NCBI GenBank assembly: GCA_963678065.2
Contig: CAXXVZ010000004.1
Coordinates: 64,001 to 128,000, forward strand
Source of the DNA: Treponemataceae bacterium
GTDB taxonomy: Bacteria; Spirochaetota; Spirochaetia; Treponematales; Rectinemataceae
Reading direction: 5' to 3'
DNA length: 64,000 nt
The notes under the pieces are model-generated. The model saw only the letters and a program-made list of their open reading frames with translations. It was not told the DNA's origin and did no database searches. The position numbers and the translations under genes were made by a program. Of this stretch, positions 47,726-56,219 are shown one piece after another. Within the stretch, counting starts at the first letter, position 1. Every line of letters begins with the position of its first letter.

Positions 47726-48462
47726 GCGCCCTCGCAGAATCCGCTCGTAAACTGGAGTCCCTGCGGCTTCGTGGCGCGTCGTCACGGCTTCCTGAGCTTC
47801 TTAAACAAGCTGAAAGCGGGGGACTGACATGCCTTGCCTTCCTCGAGACCCTCGTGGACGTCGAACTACAGGATCGCGGCGACAGGCGCCTCAAACGAGG
47901 CCTCGCCATGGCCCATTTTCCCGTCGTAAAGCGCCTCGAGGATTTCAAACTCGGCCGAGTAGCAGGAATTGGAAAACGAGACCTCTCTGAGCTCACCGAG
48001 TGCTCTTGGATAGACCGTCACGAGAACCTTCTGCTCTTCGGGCCTCCTGGACTCGGAAAGACCCATCTCGCAATCGCTCTTGGCCATGTGGCCGTACGCA
48101 AAGGCTATTCGGTTTGTTACGAGCGCATGACCTCACTGGTGAAGCTCCTCGTGCGCTCTGACGCCGCACGCAGCGCTCAGTTCAGGCTAAGCCGGCTCGC
48201 GAAGGCCAACCTCATGATCATTGATGAGATTGGCTACACTCCTATCGAGCGCAAGGAAGCCAATCTCTTTTTCACCTTCGTCTCGGATCTCTATGAACGT
48301 GCCTCTATCGTCGTGACGAGCAACAAGGACCTGAACTCTTGGTCAGAACTCATGGGCGACGAGGTTATGACCGCAGCCCTGTTGGATCGTCTCATGCATC
48401 ACGCAAAGATTTTCTCCCTGTCAGGGGAGTCATATCGCATCTCTGCAAAGAAGGAGGAATAA
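47722..48462 (+). CDS. istB: IS21 helper ATPase
   Basis: GPPGLGKTH, IIDEIGY, TSN, LLDRLMHH, GESYR; ATGA overlap with istA. Confidence 0.95.
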   Translation: MSALAESARKLESLRLRGASSRLPELLKQAESGGLTCLAFLETLVDVELQDRGDRRLKRGLAMAHFPVVKRLEDFKLGRVAGIGKRDLSELTECSWIDRHENLLLFGPPGLGKTHLAIALGHVAVRKGYSVCYERMTSLVKLLVRSDAARSAQFRLSRLAKANLMIIDEIGYTPIERKEANLFFTFVSDLYERASIVVTSNKDLNSWSELMGDEVMTAALLDRLMHHAKIFSLSGESYRISAKKEE

Positions 48463-48483
48463 CCCTCTACCGGGTGGGGATTC

Positions 48484-49630
48484 CTAGTGTACTGTCCAAT
48501 ACAGACAACCTAATAAAAGTATGCTATACTTACCACATGGCGAAAGAAGTAAAACCGAACACGACCAAAGAAGACGTTATCCTTATGGAAAAGATTTTAG
48601 CTATCGGGGATATTCAGCACAAATATGCTGTACGTCTTCAAACCGTCCTAAGCAGAGCCCATAACCGATCAACGAACGACACAGCAGCGTTTCTTGGGAT
48701 TAATAATGTCACGGTGAGCCGGTATGTCCACCGGTACAATGAGGGCGGATTAAAGTCCTTACTCACTGACAAAACAAGAAAACCAGGGAAACAGCCAATT
48801 CCAATCGAAGTAAAGAATGAGCTTTGTACGCTTGTCTGCAATGAAAAACCTGAACAGGGAACGCATTGGAGTACGAGAGAGTTGGCAAAAAAACTTGGCA
48901 TAGGGCATTCCTCGGTGAATACCATTCTTCGCGAACGAGGACTAAAGCCCCATCTGGTGAAGCATTTTCAATTCAGCACCGATCCTGATTTTGAAAAGAA
49001 GCTGGAAGATGTCGTCGGCTTGTATCTCAATCCTCCCGAGAACTCGATAGTTCTTTGTGTGGACGAGAAATCACAGATTCAAGCCGTAGAGCGATCGCAG
49101 CCGATTCTACCGTTGCTTCCCGGTGTTCCTGAACGTCAATCTCACGACTACTATCGCCATGGTACAACAACGCTTTTTGCAGCATTAAATGTCGTGAGCG
49201 GGAAAGTAATCGGCGACTGCAAGGAACAACACAAGGCAGCTGACTATATTTCTTTCTTGAAGATGGTCAATCGCAAGAGCCCTAAGGGAAAGACGCTTCA
49301 TATCGTTGCGGATAATTATTCTGCACATAAAACTCAAGAGGTCAGGAAATATCTGGATTCGATGAATGGTCGATTTGTTGAGCACTTCATACCGACACAT
49401 TCTTCATGGCTGAATCTTGTTGAACGCTGGTTTGGAGAAATCACCACTAAGCGAATTCGGCGCGATAGTTGGACCAGTGTTGATGAACTTGAAAAGGCGA
49501 TAGACGATTTCATCAAAGGCTGGAATACATCAGGTCGTAAATTCAAATGGGTAAAATCTGCTGAACAAATTTCTTCGAGCATTGCAACTGCCAAGGGCTA
49601 TTAGGCAATCTGTAAAAGACGGAACACTAG
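48484..49630 (+). mobile_element. IS630-family element, copy 1 (1147 bp including flanking CTAG)
   Basis: Imperfect terminal inverted repeats CTAGTGTACTGTCCAATACAGA / CTAGTGTTCCGTCTTTTACAGA; CTAG on both sides. Confidence 0.93.
48537..49604 (+). CDS. IS630 transposase
   Basis: HWSTRELA, CVDEKSQIQA, YYRHGT, ADNYSAHK, SSWLNLVE. Confidence 0.93.
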   Translation: MAKEVKPNTTKEDVILMEKILAIGDIQHKYAVRLQTVLSRAHNRSTNDTAAFLGINNVTVSRYVHRYNEGGLKSLLTDKTRKPGKQPIPIEVKNELCTLVCNEKPEQGTHWSTRELAKKLGIGHSSVNTILRERGLKPHLVKHFQFSTDPDFEKKLEDVVGLYLNPPENSIVLCVDEKSQIQAVERSQPILPLLPGVPERQSHDYYRHGTTTLFAALNVVSGKVIGDCKEQHKAADYISFLKMVNRKSPKGKTLHIVADNYSAHKTQEVRKYLDSMNGRFVEHFIPTHSSWLNLVERWFGEITTKRIRRDSWTSVDELEKAIDDFIKGWNTSGRKFKWVKSAEQISSSIATAKGY

Positions 49631-50276
49631 TTGCCATATGGTGGGGAAAACTACTTGCCATTTCCAACAGGATCCTGAAGCCCTCCGGAGCAGCAGTAGT
49701 CACCGCCACGCAGCCCTTCGCTACGGATCTCATCGTCGCGAACAGGAGATACTTCCGATACGACCTCGTGTGGGCGAAGTCAAACCCAGTGGGACATCTC
49801 AACTCCCGAAGAATGCCGATGCGCCAGCACGAGCTCGTCCTCGTCTTTTATCGGCGACTTCCAGCCTACAATCCACAGATGCTGCCAGGGGCCTCACGCG
49901 TGGCGCGGCAATTGACTGCAAAATCGCAGGGAGTTTCGAAGCCCGGCGTCTATGCCCAGCATGCAATCCTCGCACGGGAGGCTCATGGCCGATATCCGAC
50001 CAGCCTTCTTCCGGTCGATAAGGAGGGAGCCGGAACCAGCCGGCATCCTACACAGAAACATCTCTCTTCGAATACTTCATTCGGACTTATTCAAACCCTG
50101 GAGAACTTGTTCTTGATCCATTCATGGGCTCAGGGACGACAGCTATCGCAGCCATTCGTTCAGGCCGGCACTATCTTGGGTTCGAAATCGAGGCAGCATA
50201 CTACGAGATAGCTCAGTCCAGAATAAAAAGGACTGAACCTCTCATTCACAATGATGAACAATCAAACCTGACAACC

Positions 50277-51008
50277 CTATGAGATTGCCTTGAAACAGGA
50301 GTAACACAGCGGCTTCATCATTGTTGAAGGTGCTTCTTTTCCGCATTTATGACAGAACTTCTCTTTATATTCAGGATTTGAAAATCTTTCCCAACTTTTA
50401 TAACAATCTGGACAATACGGCTGTTCCATTCTATGTTTTATATCCGCTTTGCATCGAATGCAATATCCGGTTGAAGCCTGCGATTTCCTGGGGACAAAAG
50501 CCTCTCGTTTTGCAAAGCTCTCTCTTTTCATAAAAGCATCTTTAATTTCACTTAGTCCTGGTTCAATTTCCTGATGTATCCATTCGCGAACTTCTGCATG
50601 CAGTTTATTACCTTCAGGAATAAACATCCCGATTTCTGTACTCTTTTCAAAGGAACCATCAACCAAATTTGCAGATGTTAAAATACATCCATGCTCTGAA
50701 AACCAGTATACCTTCGCGTGAAGTCTTGTAAATGCATACAGATTCAAACCATGACCGATTGCTTCCTCAAGGTCGGCTTTTGCTGCGTTCACCTGGTCAG
50801 GTTCATTCCTGATGACGAATGAAATTCTCGCCCCTCGCCGGGCAGCTTCCGCGATAGCTCTACGCTGACTTCCCAATGATTTCATAGTAGCAAAAGGGGT
50901 TATGATCCATGCTTCATGACCTTCTTCAGTATCATGTAATAGATCATTCAGACATACTTCAACGTCCCGAGTATTGAGTAGCTCAGGAGCACTTCCTAAT
51001 CCAAACAT
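50277..51008 (-). CDS. Phospholipase D-family (HxK) nuclease-like protein with C-terminal Zn ribbons
   Basis: IITPF, LHAKVY, TSANL, STEIG; four CxxC pairs (CIRC, CPDC, CHKC, CYSC). Confidence 0.8.
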   Translation of the reverse strand: MFGLGSAPELLNTRDVEVCLNDLLHDTEEGHEAWIITPFATMKSLGSQRRAIAEAARRGARISFVIRNEPDQVNAAKADLEEAIGHGLNLYAFTRLHAKVYWFSEHGCILTSANLVDGSFEKSTEIGMFIPEGNKLHAEVREWIHQEIEPGLSEIKDAFMKRESFAKREAFVPRKSQASTGYCIRCKADIKHRMEQPYCPDCYKSWERFSNPEYKEKFCHKCGKEAPSTMMKPLCYSCFKAIS

Positions 51009-51144
51009 GAGTCACCTCAACCAAGTATTTATTTACGCAAAAAATGTATCCAACTTTTTATATTGTGATGTCAATCAAAAAGCATGCTGTTTTCACATGG
51101 TTATTCAATATTCCGCTATATCACCATAACGGATGTTTGCTTTT

Positions 51145-51315
51145 TTAATACAGATGTGCATGAAGCCATCCATAGACCTTGCCGACGACCTCCACAGTCT
51201 GCCCATCAGCCGACTCCACCCGATCCGGATACCGCGGATTCTCCGACATGATCCGGAGCTTCCTGGATATCTCGTCGAACGCGATACTCTTCACGATGAG
51301 GATATCCTTTACCCG
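51145..51315 (-). repeat. Diverged copy of the 3' end of the CI-like repressor gene (about 89% identical to 53410-53580)
   Basis: Manual ungapped alignment, 18 mismatches in 171 bp; encodes RVKDILIVK..SENPRYP..GKVYGWLHAHLY-stop; no start codon seen. Confidence 0.9.
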
Positions 51316-51872
51316 TTGGACAATGCGGCAAAAAGCAAAGCATTAGCCCATTGAAACGTAGTTATCACCAAAATCAAAGCCAACTTCGCTATAGCCGCTT
51401 GTACAGCTATCATAGAAATGTTTTCCACCTGTCTTATTGTTTATTGCGCAAAGCATACCGTTATCAATTATAATAGTATAATTCTTATAGTTCATATATA
51501 ACGATTCAATTATAAAAGCTTCCTGAGGCTCAATCCTAATGATTAAATGTATCTTGCTTTCATTTTCTTCTATTCTGATTCTCGTTCCAACCTGCTCGAT
51601 ATCCCAAGCCCCGTTATATGCAATCCACTCATTTTCTACAATTTTAAGAGAACAATTTCCGTTCGAATAATAGAAATTCCCAGACAAGCGGTACGGAGCC
51701 CCTGGCTCTTCCGGGGTATCAATCTTGATTAGGGGCTGACCGCATACTCTTATCGGTATACGACAATGTGAAGAAATATTATTACCAAAACGTACTAATG
51801 GGTATTTTGCAGAAAAGTCAAAAGATTCATGGATGAATCCTTGAGTCTTGCATTTGGGATTACTATTTGCAG

Positions 51873-53019
51873 CTAGTGTTCCGTCTTTTACAGATTGCCT
51901 AATAGCCCTTGGCAGTTGCAATGCTCGAAGAAATTTGTTCAGCAGATTTTACCCATTTGAATTTACGACCTGATGTATTCCAGCCTTTGATGAAATCGTC
52001 TATCGCCTTTTCAAGTTCATCAACACTGGTCCAACTATCGCGCCGAATTCGCTTAGTGGTGATTTCTCCAAACCAGCGTTCAACAAGATTCAGCCATGAA
52101 GAATGTGTCGGTATGAAGTGCTCAACAAATCGACCATTCATCGAATCCAGATATTTCCTGACCTCTTGAGTTTTATGTGCAGAATAATTATCCGCAACGA
52201 TATGAAGCGTCTTTCCCTTAGGGCTCTTGCGATTGACCATCTTCAAGAAAGAAATATAGTCAGCTGCCTTGTGTTGTTCCTTGCAGTCGCCGATTACTTT
52301 CCCGCTCACGACATTTAATGCTGCAAAAAGCGTTGTTGTACCATGGCGATAGTAGTCGTGAGATTGACGTTCAGGAACACCGGGAAGCAACGGTAGAATC
52401 GGCTGCGATCGCTCTACGGCTTGAATCTGTGATTTCTCGTCCACACAAAGAACTATCGAGTTCTCGGGAGGATTGAGATACAAGCCGACGACATCTTCCA
52501 GCTTCTTTTCAAAATCAGGATCGGTGCTGAATTGAAAATGCTTCACCAGATGGGGCTTTAGTCCTCGTTCGCGAAGAATGGTATTCACCGAGGAATGCCC
52601 TATGCCAAGTTTTTTTGCCAACTCTCTCGTACTCCAATGCGTTCCCTGTTCAGGTTTTTCATTGCAGACAAGCGTACAAAGCTCATTCTTTACTTCGATT
52701 GGAATTGGCTGTTTCCCTGGTTTTCTTGTTTTGTCAGTGAGTAAGGACTTTAATCCGCCCTCATTGTACCGGTGGACATACCGGCTCACCGTGACATTAT
52801 TAATCCCAAGAAACGCTGCTGTGTCGTTCGTTGATCGGTTATGGGCTCTGCTTAGGACGGTTTGAAGACGTACAGCATATTTGTGCTGAATATCCCCGAT
52901 AGCTAAAATCTTTTCCATAAGGATAACGTCTTCTTTGGTCGTGTTCGGTTTTACTTCTTTCGCCATGTGGTAAGTATAGCATACTTTTATTAGGTTGTCT
53001 GTATTGGACAGTACACTAG
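51873..53019 (-). mobile_element. IS630-family element, copy 2 (inverted relative to copy 1)
   Basis: Same length, ends and transposase protein as copy 1; CTAG on both sides. Confidence 0.93.
51899..52966 (-). CDS. IS630 transposase
   Basis: Translation identical to 48537-49604. Confidence 0.93.
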   Translation of the reverse strand: MAKEVKPNTTKEDVILMEKILAIGDIQHKYAVRLQTVLSRAHNRSTNDTAAFLGINNVTVSRYVHRYNEGGLKSLLTDKTRKPGKQPIPIEVKNELCTLVCNEKPEQGTHWSTRELAKKLGIGHSSVNTILRERGLKPHLVKHFQFSTDPDFEKKLEDVVGLYLNPPENSIVLCVDEKSQIQAVERSQPILPLLPGVPERQSHDYYRHGTTTLFAALNVVSGKVIGDCKEQHKAADYISFLKMVNRKSPKGKTLHIVADNYSAHKTQEVRKYLDSMNGRFVEHFIPTHSSWLNLVERWFGEITTKRIRRDSWTSVDELEKAIDDFIKGWNTSGRKFKWVKSAEQISSSIATAKGY

Positions 53020-53409
53020 CTCTGACTGTAATGATATCTTTCCCTTTGTAATTTTCGAATGACAATTCGGACATACTAGAGCCATCTTGTCTGGGTCATG
53101 TTTTCTTGCTTGTGGAAACCGCGGGTCTATATGATGATATTCATAAAGTGCAGAACCACAAAATATACATCCAAACCCGCTTTTTTTACGAATAGCTCGC
53201 ATTATATCGTCCTCGATCTTTCTAGGAAGCCCAAACTGGTTAGTTTTTTTCTTGCTCAACTAGAGCCTCCTAGTAGATAAGTATTGAATATAAAAGAGTT
53301 TCCTAATGTGCAAAAAGAAAACACCAAGAGAAAAATATTTGCGAATATTTCGATTTTTCTATATCTAAATTCTGGTTTTTCATCAACATACTTCTCTTCT
53401 GATGGGGCT

Positions 53410-54083
53410 TTAGTATGGGTGTGCATGAAGCCATCCATAGACCTTCCCGACGACCTCCACAGTCTGCCCATCGGCCGACTCTACCCTGTCCGGATACCGC
53501 GGGTTCTCCGACATGATCCTGAGCTTCCTGGATATCTCGTCGAACTCGACCCTCTTCACGATGAGGGTGTCGTTCACCCGAAGGACGTAGATCCCATCTC
53601 CCCGGATCGAGCCAGGGACGAATACGATCATGTCCCCATCGAAAAGCTGTATGCCCGTCATGGAATCGCCGCGGACCTCGAGTGCCCGCGCGGTCGAAGG
53701 ATCTGCGCCCCGGAGCATACGGCGAAGGAAGGGAATCGATTTCACTGCCTCCGTTGATTCAACAAACTCCTGGCCATTCCCGGCCGCGACTCTCTGGTCC
53801 AGGACCATGATTCGGCAAATTTCAGGATCGTCTTCCTGACACTCGATGCCCTGCACTCTGGCTTGATGCCCGTTTTCTCCAGTGATGAGGTATTCGACTG
53901 TTACCCCAAGTGCTCTCGCAATTGCAGCAGCTTCGTTGGCACGCGGGAACCTTTTTGCGGACTTATAAGAAGCTAGCGTAGACGGTCCTATTTTTGCTGC
54001 GACCGCTACAGCAAGATCTTTCCCCCTGAGGCTTCATATCTTTGCCAAAACTCTGTTGCGTCGGCGCTTTTTCCTCTACCCAT
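53410..54083 (-). pseudogene. CI/LexA-like repressor (XRE HTH + S24 peptidase) split over two frames; pseudogene or -1 frameshift gene
   Basis: HTH PSTLASYK..PRANEAAAIARALGVTVEYLITG is in frame with VAAGNG, VRGDSM, LIVKR, SENPRY; the N-terminus MGRGKSADATEFWQRYEASGG is in a different frame. Confidence 0.8.
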
Positions 54084-54221
54084 ACGGTTATTATCGTTTG
54101 TTTTTCCGAATAAATACGAATAATTACGATTGATAGGTTCCCAATACTTCTCCCGGATTTCGTGGCACACCAGCGGTTGTTAGAATTTGAAAAAATCATC
54201 TTTCGTAATCATTTTCAAGTC

Positions 54222-54822
54222 ACATACCACCAGCATAGCCGGTGGTATAAGGAAGCCTCCTTAAAGGGGGCAGTTATGAAATAATCTCTTCCAGGTTCAA
54301 CGTTCCCTGTTGTTGATTCTCAAGCTTTTTTTCTTAATATACTCTCGTATTTGCTCTTCATTGAGACCTACTGTGCTTACGCAATACCCTCTACTCCAGA
54401 AGTTCTTGTTCGTAAATCCCTTTTTTATCCCTAGCATTTCCCGATGTATTCGTATTGCACTCTTCCCTTTCAAGTATCCTATTACCATTGCGATACAACA
54501 TTTCGGTGGCACAGACAAACACACATGCACATGGTCAGGCATCGCATGCCCTTCAAGTATTTCGATTCCTTTATACATACACAACTCACGTAGTATTTTA
54601 CCAATTCTTTTTCGTATCTTACCATAGAGCATTTTCTTTCTATACTTGGGGATGATCACTACGTGATACTTACACTCCCACTTCGTGTGTGCTAGACTTT
54701 GCCAATCCACTTGGTACTCCTTTGGTTGCCTTTATCAGGGGGCTTCCTCAGGGGTACCTTGTTTTATTTCGCTCTACTCGGCATAGCCTTTTTTTGTCAC
54801 ACCGGCATAGCCGGTGGGTTAC
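54222..54822 (-). mobile_element. IS200/IS605-family element (tnpA only)
   Basis: Terminal hairpins ATACCACCAGC-ATA-GCCGGTGGTAT (54224-54248) and CACCGGC-ATA-GCCGGTG (54800-54816); ends approximate. Confidence 0.85.
54297..54710 (-). CDS. tnpA: IS200-type HUH (Y1) transposase, C-terminus probably frameshifted
   Basis: YHVVIIPKYR, PDHVH, LKGKS, FWSRGY, IREYI; the usual YIxxQ glutamine is missing at an A run. Confidence 0.85.
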   Translation of the reverse strand: MDWQSLAHTKWECKYHVVIIPKYRKKMLYGKIRKRIGKILRELCMYKGIEILEGHAMPDHVHVCLSVPPKCCIAMVIGYLKGKSAIRIHREMLGIKKGFTNKNFWSRGYCVSTVGLNEEQIREYIKKKSLRINNRER

Positions 54823-54872
54823 GTCTTTTATTAACTATACCGCTTACTGTACAACGCCAGGAGAGGATCGAC

Positions 54873-56132
54873 ATGAATCCCTCGCCCGCATCGCAAACAC
54901 GCCCTCATTCGCTCATCCCCTTCGCATTTATAACCCGGTTCCTTCAGTGGGGTACACTCGGTTTCCTCATTCCGGTCTCGGGGCTCATCAAGCTCTCAAA
55001 AGGACTTTCCATCGCCGAACTCGGTTTCTGCGGGGCGATAGCCTCGGGCACAATCGTGCTCCTTGAAGTGCCGACCGGCGTATTCGCGGACAGATTCGGC
55101 CGGAAGCGGACCTATCTCCTGTCCCTGGCCTTCACGGTGGCCGCGTGCCTCGTCATCCTCGCGGGGGGTGGATTTTTCCTTGTGGCCACCGGCTTCATCC
55201 TGTTCGGCGTTGCCCGCGCGCTGTCCTCGGGCTCGCTGGAAGCCCTGCTCATCGACCGCTATATCGAGCGGCGCGGGGAGGATAGCCTGGCGCGCTTCAT
55301 GTCGACGACCAACGCGGCAGACACGGCGGGGCTCGCGCTGGGCTCCCTCGCGGGTGGAGTGGTGCCAGCTCTCTGGAAGGGCCTTATGCCGGAAGCGAAT
55401 CGCTATCACGGCAATATTCTGGCGATGATCGCGATGACAGCGATTCTCGCGCTGACCGTCCTTGTAGGCGTGGAAGAGGATCACAGAACGTCCTCGGCGA
55501 AAGTCCCCTTGCGGTCCTTCCTGCGCGAATCCGTCACTTTCGTGCGGGGCAGCAGGACACTCATTTTCCTTATGGTCTCGATGACAGCCTGGGGCTTCGC
55601 CTTTTCCTCCATCGAGACCTATTGGCAGCCACGCCTGGCCACGATCATGGGGTCCGACGCGTCGGGCTGGATATTCGGCACCCTCTCCGCGGGCTATTTC
55701 CTCTTCGCCCTCCTCGGCAGCCTCGCCGCTCCCGGGGCACTCGGAAAAACACAAATCAGCCCCTACTCATTTCTCCTGATAACACGCCTTATGACGGCCG
55801 CTTTCGTGCTCATCTTGTCTTTCCAGAACACCGTTCCGGGATTCTCGGTTTTCTACTTGCTCATGTTTTTCTGGAACGGACTCTCGAATCCGCCGGAGAG
55901 CACGCTGCTCAACAGGGCGATCCCTCCGGATCGGCGGGCCTCATTGCTTTCCATGGCATCGCTGGCCGTACAGCTCGGCGGACTCGCAGGATCGGCTGTG
56001 TTCGGCGCCGTGGCGGGAGGGATCTCCATCGAGGCAGCCTGGATCATCGCCGCGGTGGTGTTCGGAGCATCGGCCTGCCTCTATATCCCCCTGCGCGCCC
56101 AGAATGAGGGAAAAAACAGCCGTCGAACGTAA
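54873..56132 (+). CDS. MFS transporter
   Basis: EVPTGVFADRFGRK (motif A), SGSLEAL, about 12 TM helices; SD GGAGAGG. Confidence 0.88.
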   Translation: MNPSPASQTRPHSLIPFAFITRFLQWGTLGFLIPVSGLIKLSKGLSIAELGFCGAIASGTIVLLEVPTGVFADRFGRKRTYLLSLAFTVAACLVILAGGGFFLVATGFILFGVARALSSGSLEALLIDRYIERRGEDSLARFMSTTNAADTAGLALGSLAGGVVPALWKGLMPEANRYHGNILAMIAMTAILALTVLVGVEEDHRTSSAKVPLRSFLRESVTFVRGSRTLIFLMVSMTAWGFAFSSIETYWQPRLATIMGSDASGWIFGTLSAGYFLFALLGSLAAPGALGKTQISPYSFLLITRLMTAAFVLILSFQNTVPGFSVFYLLMFFWNGLSNPPESTLLNRAIPPDRRASLLSMASLAVQLGGLAGSAVFGAVAGGISIEAAWIIAAVVFGASACLYIPLRAQNEGKNSRRT

Positions 56133-56219
56133 ACGGTCGCCCGCGCGGGCGCGGCGACCCGCGGAGGATGAAACCCGCCTGCGAACCATTCCCAGAGTGG
56201 GTTCGAGCCACTTTCCGTA

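Larger units (their letters stand above)
46082..49666 (+). mobile_element. IS21-family element with IS630 nested in its right end
   Basis: Ends TGGAAATGG...CCATTTCCA with internal TTCCCCA repeats; istA-istB pair. Confidence 0.92.
45906..50282 (+). pseudogene. Beta-class N6/N4 DNA methyltransferase, interrupted by IS21/IS630 and frameshifted
   Basis: 5' part IPDGSIDLILTDPPYG..MWKEFN (to 46081) resumes as RILKPSG..HPTQK after 49666, then in another frame VLDPFMGSGTT..GFEI; frameshifts near 45972 and 50060. Confidence 0.88.
51343..53259 (-). pseudogene. HNH endonuclease-domain gene (about 257 aa) interrupted by IS630 copy 2
   Basis: CIFC..YHHIDP..LVCPNCHSK; removing the IS and one CTAG rejoins QSEL-AANSNPKCK in frame; GGAGG SD before TTG. 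Confidence 0.87.
43180..54822. mobile_element. Degenerate integrative element/prophage remnant at tRNA-Pro
   Basis: Integrase next to the tRNA, visibly lower GC, CI-like repressor, methyltransferase, nucleases, four IS copies; right boundary approximate because no attR was seen. Confidence 0.75.

Noticed and set aside
48339..48536. IstB-IS630 fusion or extended transposase N-termini (48339, 53074) and hybrid ORFs 49582-50211 and 51343-51921
   Set aside because: Artefacts of reading across IS junctions; the true transposase start is MAKEVK in both copies.
45906..51008. Functional type II restriction-modification pair (MTase + PLD nuclease)
   Set aside because: The MTase has two frameshifts and an IS insertion while the nuclease is intact, which would be lethal for a cognate pair; the genes are also convergent.
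51145..53580. The 171-bp repeat pair as a diversity-generating retroelement TR/VR
   Set aside because: Mismatches are not adenine-specific and are mostly synonymous, and there is no reverse transcriptase in the window.
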